Of a DNA stretch of 64,000 nucleotides, positions 13,297-27,039 are shown in pieces (the first letter of the stretch is position 1; each line of letters starts with the position of its first letter). The translations under genes were made by a program, and so were the position numbers. This DNA is from Trichoplax sp. H2 (lineage: Eukaryota). The notes under the pieces are model-generated. The model was not told the DNA's origin and did not search any database. It saw only the letters and a list, made by a program, of their open reading frames with translations. The stretch is from assembly GCA_003344405.1 (NCBI GenBank), contig NOWV01000021.1:248001-312000 (forward strand). The letters run 5' to 3'.

Positions 13297-16200
13297 TTAT
13301 TGTTCCTGTTCGTGTTCAGAATGGCTACCGATCAGCTCTTCCATCCCTTTGATGTCATCCTTACTGGGCGTCTCTTTTTTCTTAGGATCAGTGGATGAGT
13401 TAGGTGAAAATATGGAACTCGACAGCGCTGGCAATAGTGCCTTCCTTGATAGCCGATATCTGTTTGTTATCGGATCACGACCAAAGCACTTCACCGTCAT
13501 TTCGTGACCAATACTGTAACCAAGTAATTCTGGTCTAGATACCTATGAAGTATTCATATGGACAATAACAGTTAAAACTGGAACCAATGTGACCATAGAA
13601 ATACTCTAATAAGACTGCTACAGTACTACCCTTCGATGATCCAACTGAGATACGTGCAACAGAATCGGTTGAGTATTAGGTTCTATTTCCAACATCACTC
13701 CAAAATTCCTGCAAATTAAAAATAAAAGACATCAATTAAATCGGATACTAGTCGTGTTTTAGATAACTCAGGATTTATACTTTATATCAACAATCTTCCC
13801 GGTATAGATTTGAGAGAATTTAAGATCTGGTTCCTAAAGTAAATTTTGCAAATACTTGTTAACAAAGTCATAATAGCAGAGCAACGCTGCCGTGTGACAT
13901 TCTAAATTTAGTGTGAATAAGGAAAGCTACGATATACTCGTACTTTCAAATCAGCCATCAACTCTTCTATTCTTTGCTTCACATTCGCTAAGGCTTTGGC
14001 GCTTGGAGCATAAATTGAAACTTTGTCTTCATCTACGAAATTTATGTCACACCCTAATATGTAATTTTAGACAAATATTAAGAACTGCTTTAAAAAATGA
14101 TAACTGTAATCATGACTGACCGTATTCTTCCTGTAAACCCTTGATTGTGACACCGCCTAAACCTACTATACTGAACCTCTTACCCGCAGGCACATCAACA
14201 ATGTCTTATAAAAAGTAGCAATAAATGGTAGTAAGAGTCTGTGACATTCTCATAAAATAGTCAGCAACGATAATACACATAAAGCACTGATTTACCAAAA
14301 ACTGGAGCGCTACTTTTTACGTCCAATCGTGGCTTATCTATTACGCCGTACATTATGTCGAGCACCTTTCCTCTAGCCACTAAAAATGTGCGGTGAATCA
14401 TAATGTTAGGGAGAGTATTACAGGCACTTGCAATCACGGTTGATAGACTATTTAAAGACATAAACGCAATGTACGAACCAGCCGACTTCTTTATCGCTTC
14501 CTCGATTAGTTCCATAGAGACTCCTGTTACTTTAAAATCCGCCTACATAATTATCATTATTGTATCATTCACAACATGTGATAGCATGAAAAAGATACCA
14601 CAATTGCTCTCTAACCTGCAATGATGTGATGCCTTCTCTTGAGCCTGCAATTTTAAAATCCATTTCTCCAAAATAGTCCTCAATACCCTGTATTAATAGT
14701 ATTTGTGCAAGAATTATATTGTATCATAGAGAATAAGATTCGGCGATTTAACTAGCATTGCATTCATTTCGTGTACATATCTATATATTTGATACTTACC
14801 GCAATATCAGTTAAAATCTTATAGTTAAATTTTGAACCATCATCACTAGGATTAGCTACTAAACCCATCGCTACTCCAGCAATATGACGAGAAATAGGTA
14901 CTCCTTAGGTTAACGAAATTATAGCGATGTAATTAGTAATTAATGAAATGATAAAATACGAATACGAATGTATCTAACCATAGAAACTGATTTAAGATTA
15001 AGTGTTAAATATATGCAGCGATTCAGGTGCTTACCTGCATCCATCAATGCTAAACTTCCACCACAGGCAGATGCCATCGATGTCGATCCTGTCCACATTG
15101 AATATTATCTTTAACATTATTTAAATATCCATTAATAATTAACTAATATAACCTACCATTTGACATCAAGACTTGACCAGTTAACCGAACTGTAAACGGA
15201 AAGTCGTCAGATACAACAGATCGTAAAGCATTCTTTGCTAAAGTACCTGTTGCAGTAATTCAGATCATGGTTATACGACTTCTTAAGCATTAGTAATTAT
15301 TAACTCTTAAAACTGAACTGACCATGGCCAATTTCTCGTCTAGAATTTTCCATAACTCTTCCAATTTCATTATTTGCATACGGAGGAAACTGTCACCAGG
15401 TTAACCGAAGTAATTAGCTTATATATATATTATGATAAGAAAGTTAGAAAACATAACCCTGAATACTAACTAACATACTTCATAATGGAGAATAAAACTG
15501 CGATGACGTTCGCCACTGTAAATAAATCGAATTAAGGATACTGTTAGTGTATATATAATGATAGACTGTAATTATTACGAAAAAATTTATAAGAGGACGG
15601 ACTTAAATTCAAAATACTCTATAGTCTTGAAGAGTCATTATCTAACCCTAATATCGCAGTGGTTATATCAAATCTTTGTAGCGAAAGTTTAGACCCTAGT
15701 ACAGCTGTGGTAAAAATCTGAAACCATGCAAGAACACTCATTACATAATGGTATTAGTTATTATTGACGCTATCGAAAGCAGTGAAGCTTTGTGTAACAC
15801 CTGACTCTCTCCACGCTTAAAAAGGGAAGAACCATGTAAGGCTGGAAAAATGTTTATCTCTGCATCGATTGGCCGTAAATCATTCAATCCACGACCATCA
15901 CAGCTATTTACATTGAAGCAAATAGTATCAACTCATAAGTAATAGTTCTTCAACGCATTAACGAACAATTATAACACAGTATACTCCATGAGCGCTAATT
16001 ATTAATTTAAAATGTACCGAATAGATTTAGTCATCACATTTTGAGTTATACATCTCTTAGTAACGGAACTGAATGAATCTGATAATTGAAAGTTATCAGC
16101 ATTTGGAAACATTTCTATGTAAAATGAGATATAGAATAAGTAATTATTACACCAAGATAGTCAACTTAGTACGAAAATAATATAAGGCTGAATTTAACCT

Positions 16201-19200
16201 TGGAGAGTTTTAAAATTTTCATCCACAACTTTCCTTGCAGCTCGATCCCGGGAAAGCTACATTAGAGTGTTTAAGACTTTATTTAATGCACGTACTTAAC
16301 GAGCGATAAAAAATACTTTCATACTGTTATTTCGCTACAGTTTAACGATACCTTTTTATGAGAAAAGTCCAGCATGATGTCATTTATCTGATCGCCTATA
16401 AGACTGCATAAAAGAGAAATAATAGTACTTCTTAAGTTGCATAATTGCGTAAGGTAAGCCTTAAAATTTTTAATCCTACTTATAAGCTCCTTCTTTGATG
16501 CTTTCATCTAATCTATAGAAAGTTAGATTAGTCTTATCTTTGCCATATCTATGACCAAAATCTTCTACGGCTTTAACAACATTTTGGGCCTAATAAATAA
16601 CGACAGTAGCAATAGTTTAATTTTCTTTAAAGTCAAGTCGTTTCATATGCAAAATAAATCATGTGAGATACACAATTTTGCTCACGGATTTTCAATATCG
16701 TTAATGTCTAACCTCTTCGAGGCCATACGTGATAGCTTTTAAAACCCCAGCGTCAGGTAACTCAGAGGCTGTGCCTTCCAACATAACTAGAATCATTTGT
16801 AAGCATTGAGTTATTTTATAAAGGCATACCAATCAATGCAATTAATATGTTAACAATTGCGCATACAATATTACCTAATCCTTTCGCTGAAGCTACAATA
16901 ACTAAGTCTAACTTCGATTGATATAACTAAAGAACAAAAGATGAATTAATAATGGCAGTAAAATAGCAAGGAGAAGCAATGTGTCTATCGGATATCCCTA
17001 TTTACCACAAAATCTATAATAAGTACTTCGTCTAGCAAATTTATTCTGATCACATTACTACTGTTACTAACCTCAACTCGCGTAGGATTGATTATTACTT
17101 CATCATTAATATAACCCACTCTAACAGCCCCTGTAATATTAATTTGTCAATCAAAATTTTTAATTTCAAGATTTCACATCTCCTAATCAAGGCTATACCA
17201 ATTGGTCCGTTCCACGGTATGTTTGATATCGTTAAAGCGGCCGATGCTACATACGGTATGCAAAAATTTGCAAAACTTTTCAATAGCTTACTAACAAATT
17301 ATTTGTCATTAAATAATAAGCTGGTGCATATATGATTAGTAGTAAGTAGTCTCCTACCTCCATTTATAGCCGGAACTATCGTATCGCGTTCGGCATCAGC
17401 AGACATCAAGCTACATACAATCTATTAGTAACATAAGGCAATCGTGATATATATTTTTGGCATAGATGTAGTAAAGCAAAGAAAATATTTCTTCAGTACA
17501 TAAAGTTTAGCATTTCTTTCCGTACCTGCACTTCTTGTGGCATACCACGTTGAAAAGATGACCTTATGGAACGATCTATTAATTATATACATAATTATAA
17601 TGAATGCAAGGATCAATACAATGCAGTCTAAAAGTTGCGAGTGAATAATTATGAACTTAAACGAGAATGATAATAATACACACCAATGCTTCTGCTTGCT
17701 AGAATTTCTCTTTCACTTGGACCTAATTCTCGCTTGAAAAAATTAACTGGTATCTTTCCAGTCGCAGAGGCTTTCTCTCTATAATCCACCTATTTAGCAA
17801 TAAAATAATGTCAAGACCGTTTCACATTTTATTAATTAATTAAGAACGATCAATTATTTATTCTTATTGATTTCAAGTACTAATGCACTATTACATACAG
17901 GTTGCTTCAAAGCTTAGAAAGTATTCTATTTATTTTAGCAGTATTCAGTAAATGATTTGAGTTTGAAATAATAAGCTTATGCTGACATGTATTACCCGTA
18001 AGGGAGCGAAGCCAGCGTAGGAAGTAGTAGCTCGACTCATCACTGCAGTAACTAAGACTGCGGTCGATCCAGTCTATAGTTATAAAATACAGATTACTGG
18101 TTTGAGCAAGAATCCATAGAATACCTGAATCTATCACGTAATTTATAGCCCATACTTCAGACCTCTGAATAGGAAATACTATATTCAACTAAATAAGGCA
18201 AATCTATTATCTGCAACGTTATCCCTATGCACTATTGACATTATTCTACAGTAATACAAAATATGGTAGGTAAAGGTTAAAATTATACCGATAAGTAGGA
18301 CATAAGTTATCAAAGTCTGGAGATTAATTTAAATTAGCAGTCAATGAATAAGTTCTACAGTTACTTCAATTTGAACTTACTTCTACAAGGACAGATCCAT
18401 CTGCAATAGTTGCAAGCTTACCACAAGAAAATTTTATTTCGCTAAAAAAATTTTAATATCATGAGAATTTTTCAATGGTGTAAGAATTCAATATGGATAA
18501 AATAAAAATTGAATGGCATCCAAATTAATGTGATAATCATTTAAAGTACAATCAATAAAGGAGTTGAAGATAATCCGTCATGTATTCTGGTTATGTTCTA
18601 ACAAGATTATTCGAATAGTATGCCTTACATACACTACTTTGTATTAATTATTTTATGCTAACACTTTTTTATTGTGATATCAAAATAGTCAGTGATCACT
18701 ATCGAGCAAAAGACGGATTGGTAGTCAGCAGCTACGAATTAACAGACAAATAACCACTACCTCAGATTCATGTTATACATATTAGGAAAGGGTTACGTTT
18801 TCCACAAACACGCGTATGACCATCTGCATGTTAAGAATGACCAATGTTATTGATTGTAAGTTAGCTTTTCAAGCTAAATCGTTGACTCTAATGTAAGATT
18901 GAAGCATCTTCCACAAGAGGAGCTATTGATGGCAGTAGCATAGCCATGTAGTATCAATGTACTCGTTTGCTTGCATGCACGAGTATGCATGCAAACATGG
19001 ATTGCTCTGACATGAAGAGCCATTCTAAGCATACTATACAAGAGTGTCGTAAGCCCTTACAACATCGATCCAAGTAAATACTGTAAGCCCTATTTCCGTT
19101 ATGGGATATTAACCAATGGAACTATCTACTGCCTAAAATGAACCTTTTATCTATTTAAGTTATTGCAATCAATCAATCCATAGCTTACCTTTTGCCAGAG

Positions 19201-19343
19201 ACGGTCGTCAAGCAACCTGTATGTGCATGATTGTAACGACGAGTAATTTCTCTACAATATCGGTGAATCTTCAAGCCATATCTGTAAGCTTGACTATTAT
19301 AGGATATAATATTAGCTAATCTACTCAAAGAACTCAATGGCAT
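13297..19343 (-). CDS. PNPT1: Mitochondrial polyribonucleotide nucleotidyltransferase (PNPase); many short exons
   Basis: ATG at 19343 begins a presequence-like [13 protein letters not shown]. Motifs: [74 protein letters not shown] ([10 protein letters not shown]) and S1 ([15 protein letters not shown]). Confidence 0.94.
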
Positions 19344-19486
19344 ATCGAGGTAATGGAGTTACTACAAGTCAAAACTGAGCAAATGACGTTGGAGATGTCG
19401 GCATCGATTCGCGAGCAAACACAATCTACTGCTGTACACGGTTTGACCCGATTTAGCTGGTGTGCTGCCAGTTGGATCTTCGTCAA

Positions 19487-19536
19487 TGTCATACTGTACC
19501 GTACTGTACGTTTTCACAGTACGGTACAGTATGACA
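19487..19536. repeat. Perfect 21-bp inverted repeat with 8-nt loop upstream of PNPT1
   Basis: TGTCATACTGTACCGTACTGT (19487-19507) is the reverse complement of ACAGTACGGTACAGTATGACA (19516-19536). Confidence 0.95.
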
Positions 19537-19622
19537 ATACGGTACTGTACACTGTCCACCGTATAGGCATCTAACTCACAATCATCGTACTGTACGTACA
19601 GTACAGTCATGGCGGACTAACT

Positions 19623-20064
19623 TTGCATCATTCAATCTGACATGTACACTTGTAAATGTGCAAATGGCAGTAATGTGGCACACTGGTCTACACTAATTTG
19701 CGCCATTGATCTTGAAGCATACAGTACTGTTGAAGTTTCCGGGGTTTTATTCTTAACCTCCAAGCCGACCACTCATGGCAGCTATTATTTTTAACATCAT
19801 TTGCAGAGGTCTGCTTCCAAGACTCTAGCTATGCCGTTGCTCCAGGTTGCATCATTCAATCTGACTGCACTTGTAAATGTGCAAATGCCAGTACTGTAGC
19901 ACACTGGTCTACACTAGTCTGCGCCATTGATCTTGAAGCATACAGTACTGTTGAAGTTTCCGGGTTTTTATTCTTAACCTCCAAGCCGACCACTCATGGC
20001 AGCTATTATTTTTGACATCATTTGCAGAGGTCTGCTTTCAAGACTCTAGCTCTGCCGTTGCAGG
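19623..20064. repeat. Direct tandem duplication, ~224-bp unit x2
   Basis: Copies start at 19623 and 19847 (TTGCATCATTCAATCTGAC...CAAGACTCTAGCT) and differ by a few substitutions and small indels. Confidence 0.95.
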
Positions 20065-21497
20065 TGCTTCAAATTGAACTACAAACACTTATGTGAAGTA
20101 GGTCAGGATAGTCAGGGATGGCCTGCTGGTCTAGGGTTGTGGTGCAGCCTGAAATACAAATGGCACAGGCTGAAGAAAGCTTGGCTGAATGCAATAATTC
20201 ATCATGAGCTGCTCGGACTAGGGGGACAGATTGCAAGTGTCGTTAGCTTAGAGTAACTGATCCGTAGCATTATTGGTAGTGCTTTGCTGATTCACCAATT
20301 CTTCTCGATCATCTAATCATGGGAATGTTCAATATAAATTGTTCGTATTGTATACTTCGACACGGCCATTTCTGTATGTACTGTATATTGCTCCCATGTC
20401 GATGTGTATGAAAAATCCAGATTGAAATAGTTAGGTCTAGTGTACAATATACCTAATTAGAATCTCCAGAATTTGGTGAATATGGTGCCACCAACCAAAT
20501 CATGAACGAAATGGGCATGATGTACATCTAGTGTAGTAGTCCATGACTGGTTAGGTCTGCTATACTGTACAGCTTACAGCCCAGGGTTGCAGTACTCTAC
20601 TTAAACTTGGTCATTTAAGCTACAATAAGCTGTTCATTAGCCCTCGATATTCAGTAATTGCACTCTTATTGATATAATACGCCTTGGACTGTAATGAATA
20701 GATTTTACAACCGCCTCAAAATTTGAGTTGTTAAAATTCAAATCTCTAATGTGACGCAATTATATGTCTACAGCTACAATATTAGAGTATTCGTGCCTGC
20801 TCGTGTGCAGTAATGGATCGTAACAGGGCGAGACAGTTAATGGAACTCGAAAGAAAAACCGCCAGGCTGGAGCAGTATAGAGTTAAATTGGATATTCTTT
20901 TCGATGCTCATTTTATTTATAGTTTTAAATTAAATTTTCTGAAAAATTATAAATTACAAGATAAAACAAATGACGCCACACTGACTATACAGTATATAAT
21001 ATAATAATATTAAATTTCGTAAAGTACGTATAAATGGCAATATTTCACATTACGAAAGGGCTTTTGATTATAATCATAGAATAAATAAAATATCGGACAT
21101 TATTAATTCTAGGAGTTGAGGTTTCGTTTTAAACAGCCAATGCTGTTATATAATAATATTCTTGTAGAATAATAATTATCACAGATGCAATAATTTCAGG
21201 GAATCATAAGGCTTTGTATATGGCAAAACTTAGAATATTCCGGTAATCCAAAACGTATACATTTAAAATATTACTATAGCAAATATCCAGTAAGGTAATA
21301 TTGTAAATAAAACTTATAAGGAATTGTACAACAATTCAAAATCCTTATCTTAAACATGATGATGAATAATTCTATCGACAATCAATTAAGTCAAGATAGA
21401 TAGCGTTAGGTAATTAAATTATTATAGTATCATTTAGTCTTAAGATAGTTTCTATAAAGCCAGTATGACTTCTTTAACAAGAGAATCAATTTCAATT

Positions 21498-24262
21498 CTA
21501 AGTCGAATTACCTGATCTACATTCCTGGAGCTCATGGTCCAGTAAATTATACAATATCGATGAATTGGTGTCGCCTCTAGACTTTAACCAATCCATCAAG
21601 CTGTAAAATACTTTCAATTGCATATTAAATAGTCTTAGCAACAAAGACCTACTTTTATTACTTGATGAAGTATGTCGGAGTTCTAATTCTTGCAGATCAT
21701 CAACTGTTAATAATTCTCGCTCGAATAAATAATCAGACAACGCAGTTGCATCGATTTTATTGCAGATGGTTGTAAAATTTTTTTGTAGAATTTTCCCTTC
21801 CATTGTTCCTTTCAAAGTCATCTTGTTATCATTTTTGTCTAATAACGAATGAAGCATAATGAAAATTAACTGCAGTTGAATCGATTATAGCAAATAACTA
21901 CCGACAACTACTGCATTGGTGAACATTAATCCATAGGCAAACATGCCCTATAGGCGTATAAGAGTATATAGTATAGAAACTTTTACAAGTGAGAATTGCT
22001 CAAACTTAGAAACTGAAATATCCTACGATAAAATAGTTTATCAGCAACTGATGTGCTACTCCAAATAAACTATATTAACCTTTAATCATGCGAGGGCTGG
22101 TATTCTTGTAATCATGGATCAGTTGAGCTTCCTCAAATACATCATCTAAGCTATCCCAAGTATCTGTAGAACTTGCTAAAGATGTATTACTGATATTCCG
22201 ATCATTAGGTGTCGCATATTGGTGCCTTTGTAGCATTTCAGCAACATCGCCATAGCCATTCGATTTAGCTAAATCGATTGGATATTTCTTTTTCTACATG
22301 ATAAAGCAAATATTCACTAAAATTGCTAAGTGGTAATTGTACTATTTAGTAATCTAGATTTCTATGTAACATTATAACAACATTTAAGAAGTAGTTCAAT
22401 TAAATTTTCTTAACCTTATTCTTCAATAGATGATTTGCTCCTAGATTTAGTAAAGTCCTCACACATGCTTTGTAACCCAGATAAGCAGCAGTATGTATAG
22501 GTGTATTCCCTCGCTGTTAAATAGAATAATTATATAAAATAAATGCTTACCTATTTTATTTAAATTCATTGAAATAATAAATGATTACTTCTAACTTATT
22601 ATTCGTAAGCAATTCAGATTTAGTTATCAATAAATTATAACCTTGTCTCTCTTATTAATTTTTGCACCATTACGTATTAGCCATTTTATTAATTCAGTAT
22701 CATTTGCAAATACTGCAGTATGAATTGGATGATATCTTTCCTGCACGAATAAGTATAAAATTTAAAACTAATGACAATCAGACACCGTATACTATAGCTT
22801 ATAAGGCGTACCCTGCCAGTAGTACAACTAATTATTTTCGGATCATGTCGAAAAAGTATTTCTACACAATTTTGATGGCCAAGTAAAGCAGCATAATGTA
22901 TGGGAGCCCAACTGCTGCTCTAATTACGTAAAAGAACATTATATTAAATCCTTTTCACTATTAGAGAAGGGCAAATTATAGGAAATTTCGGCGTAATTAG
23001 TCGAAGTTTTACGAGTTTAAACCATTTATTATTGTAAATTTAAAGTAAATGATGTTATTAATACAGGTAAAGACTTGTTAATAACTTCTTGATTTTGCGT
23101 AACGGCATTAAATAATTCTTCTTATACTGTATATAAGTAGCGTTAGAAGCTAAGGCACTTACTCCGATATCTAAAATTAAGGGATCCGCTCCATAACGCA
23201 ACAACAATTCAACCGCGCTTAAGTCTCCTTTTGCACATGCATAGTGTAAAGCGGTTGCGTTTTTAGCCTATAAAGTATGTACAAAAGTTGATACAAAATT
23301 AATTATTATTTGAACAACATTGCGATAAGTGGTCGAAATATGGATTATGCATCGATAAGATAAACCTGAGCTTTAATTCATAAATAACTATAAATAATTT
23401 TAATTTGATAATGGCTACTCCCTTATATAAATTTGTTAACATTGTAAAATGCAAATGTCTAAGTGTAGTCGTCTACTACAGTACCAATGTGCTGGTAATA
23501 ATATAGCCTAATGTTTTTGCCAATATAGTATCATAGGAAGTGCATTAATAAATACCAGTTTATACTTTACTGATTATATCTGATATCACTTGAAATCTCC
23601 CTTCTGGAATATCATAATAAAGACAATAAACAGAAATATAAGACTTTTACAACTACAGATCAATCCAGTAATATTAGATTTTACCTATAGTAATATGCAA
23701 TTCGACGATTTTGTCACATTATATTGTAAATAAGATTAAATAGTATTGGTAATTGGATGATGTACTTCAATTTGATAATGTGCCTTTAGACCAAGAATAA
23801 ACTTTCTAACTGTCTCTTGATACTATATCGTTGGACGACTAACTCATATTACGTATAATCAACAGCTAGTATTTTCTTACTTTAATACGAAAATAGTCAA
23901 TTTCCTTCTCACTTAAAGTCGCTTCATTAATATCACATTGATGTTCTTTTAATACTTCTTCATCTTCGTACTTAGCCGCAAAATAAATCTTTTCTACAAG
24001 ATCGTTTGCCTATTTTAATAGTATCGTATAGTAGACAATTTTTAAGAGATTGATAAAATCAAAACAACCTCTGCATGACATAGTGGTAAGGTAATTATCA
24101 GCCAAACAAATGAACGATCAGTAAGTAAACGATGTAAATAGATCGATTAATTGTTAACTAGATAGAATATAATTATTGACAGCGCTTAAATTGCGATATC
24201 ATAACACAAGGAGCAAAAATATAATTTAAACCATTTGATTCATTTCATCTTACATTTTCCAT
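21498..24262 (-). CDS. Ankyrin-repeat protein with C-terminal CARD (death-fold) domain, ~334 aa
   Basis: Exons 24254-24262, 23881-24009, 23163-23267, 22812-22919, 22415-22513, 22080-22293 and 21498-21838 join in frame (1005 nt). Ankyrin motifs: TALHYACAKG..VELLLRYGAD, APIHYAALLGH, GNTPIHTAAYLG, YPIDLA. The last exon is CARD-like: ILQKNFTTICNKIDATALSDYLFERELLT...KSRSLL. The 9-nt first exon is less certain. Confidence 0.82.
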
Positions 24263-26579
24263 TGCGGTAAATTATCAATTTCTACGGAATTCTTCTAGAG
24301 TTCTAGTGATTGATATAAGAAATAATTACTATTTTAGTGACAATAAAGAAATTATTCTTGAAAAATGTATTATCAACTTAAACAGAGTTCTTTTTTAGCC
24401 TTAATAATTAATAATAAGACATAATTACGGTATGAATAACAATGAAGAAGTTATCATGAAAATATCAGTTATACTATTAATTCCGTGTCCGTAGCCGCAG
24501 CTGTAGCATTTAACCCGTCTAACTTTATATTAAAAAAGATAACAACACTAATATTAACTACGCTACTTTACCAAATCTCTAACGATAGTTAGTATCAGTC
24601 TGTATGGTGACTATATACGTAAAACGTACGATAATGACTCAGAGATATTGTTGTTTTTAAGTTCATTGCTATCATGTTAAATCATATTTCTGCCTACTTG
24701 CAACGGGGATGATTATGCACCTACGTATACTATATAATCAACGTTACCCGATCACTACTTCCTCTGAAATCTTTTGAGTACATACCGTATGATATAGTTC
24801 TGCTATATCTGTACCATAACATCTAATTACCTAATAAAAGTTTAATCAATCTTTTAAATTTCTTTACCTTCCAGCTTATAACATCCTTTAGGAGAACCTT
24901 TAAACATGATTTTAGCGTCTAGATCAAAGGAGAAATGTGACGACACATGATGGCGATCTTTATTTAGAATAGCATCGATGACTCTATAATGAGTAGCACT
25001 GAGTAAAGATTGTACTACCCCGATCAAATTGTTACGGTCTATTCATAATTGATTATGCAAGCGTTCGAACAATAAAGCATGGTTATGCATTTATTTACTC
25101 CAAGATATGTTTACGGTTCCTTTGTTTTATATCCAGTATAGACAACTATACAATATGCAAAGTAAAATAATGTAAAATAATTTCCACTTATTATAGTACT
25201 AAATCGTGCTACTAAATATTAATAGATGGTCTTAGATGCAATATTTTATAATTAAATTCATTCTAGTGTTCACTTCAATCCTGCTAAGATCAGGAGCAAT
25301 TGAGAGTAAAAATATAACTAGGAATGGTTTTTACTATACTCGTATGCCCAGTATACAAAACCCGTAACCTATATAGCGTATACAGAAGGAAAAAAAGCGC
25401 GCCTAGTTAAGCTATGGCGATTCAGACATCATATGCAATAGACCAATAATGCAAAGGATGCTAGCTATTGCATTACTACCTGTAAGATACACTTAAGATC
25501 TGGATTGTGTACGTAAGTTCGCAATAACTTACGGAATAGTACAATATCGCGAAATTATTGATCGCGTCCATTTAGCCATTACAAGTATGATATCGTCTAT
25601 AATTACATTATTACAGACGCCCATGCTTACTATAGCGATCACAATCGATTGGAACGCAGTTGCTATCTCGCCAATTTATACTGTAGCACTTATAGTTGTT
25701 GCTAGAAATTCCATATGAAATAGGTTAAGAGAATATAGCGTCTGAAAGTTGAGTAGCTTTAATTAATTTCCTGTAGTTAATGTTTTATTGCTATTTACTG
25801 TACTGTACTATGTGCCTTATTGCGAAGCCCATTGACTGTAGTAGTACAGTAGAATTATGCATTTTTATTATTTCTTATTTTACCTGTATAAAAGAGCGAT
25901 TATGTATAAAAGAAATTCCTATCATTTATTATCACTAATACAGTGGAAGTATCAAGTTTAAGCCTAATCCGGCTTTAAAAAATCTACAAATTACAACGTG
26001 GTATTATTACCATTTACTGTAAAAACTAAATAATAATCACAGGATAGTTTATCTTGTACAATACGTTTGTATACATATTATCGTGGCCTAAAGACATAAA
26101 ATTAAGAAAAGAAAACTCCTCTATCAGCTCATTCAATGACATAATTTACGAGTTTGATGAAATAGCGTCGCTATCGTGGAAATGCTAATCAACTGCATTC
26201 TAGCAAAATTGTGATGTCGGTTATCCATCTGTCTTGTTGTAAAATGGCTGTCAACTGAGCTAGTACGTGTATATTCCTTGTTGGCTGTATATTACAACAA
26301 CTAGAGCTACGTATTGAATTTATTTGATCCTCTAATTTTACTGCTTCATGATTTATTTTTGAATATCATGCGTTGTTCGACATGAAATCAAAATCTTGAA
26401 ATTTTCCTGGTTGCTAGCTCTGTATTTTGTAGTATCCAAGTCATGAAACCAGATTATATTCATAAGCTATCCTCTGTACTGACGTTTGCGTGTTTGCGTA
26501 CCCATCTCATTAAGGTGGACGAGCCATGACTGCACTCGTCCTCTCTGTCCATCCGACCGCACTATATTTCATCGCACAC

Positions 26580-26740
26580 CAGAGTACAGTACAGTATTGT
26601 ACAGTAGTGCACTGTACACTGTACTGTACATTGTACAAGTGTACAAGTACAGTACAGTACAGAGGTGTCGCGGTTGACGTGAGCCGGAGTGAGGCGTGCA
26701 ACGTACAGTACAGTACAGTACAGTACAGTACAGTACAACA
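26580..26740. repeat. (CAGTA)n microsatellite and TACAGTA/TACTGTA cluster upstream of OTUB1
   Basis: About 6 perfect CAGTA units at ~26705-26737. Inverted arms GTACAGTACAGT (26584) and ACTGTACTGTAC (26618). Confidence 0.85.
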
Positions 26741-27039
26741 CTCTACAAGCTGACTCTACCAGCTGACGGTACCAGATTAGGGCCTGGCCTCCAACTTGAC
26801 TGGAGGGTCTCTAGGGGATCTCAAGGCCACACTATGCAACTTTTCAACGTTTCATGACCCGCAAAGAATGAATTGACCCTGGAGTAAAGTCAGACCTGTT
26901 TCGATGACACTGTAATAAGACACGATCGAGTGATTCTAGTCTACTGTAAACTGCCTGCGTTATTTACCTATTCGATAGGATCAATGTTAGCCAAGTAAAA
27001 ACTTTAAAAATTAGCAAAGGATCGACGACGTAAGAAGAC

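Noticed and set aside
14655..14690. PNPase GEMDFK instead of GDMDFK as a sign of inactivation
   Set aside because: The two metal-binding Asp positions (ED and MD) are retained and the change is conservative.
7032..19343. Bacterial contamination or recent HGT of tex/pnp
   Set aside because: Both genes carry many spliceosomal introns, and PNPT1 has a mitochondrial presequence; both families are standard in animals.
21839..21871. Acceptor at 21870 for the CARD exon
   Set aside because: It gives an early stop; the acceptor at 21839-21840 keeps the frame into the CARD.
26486..26753. ORFs rich in YSTVQ/TVLY (also 19353-19610 and 34672-34929)
   Set aside because: They are translations of the CAGTA/TACTG motif clusters, not proteins.
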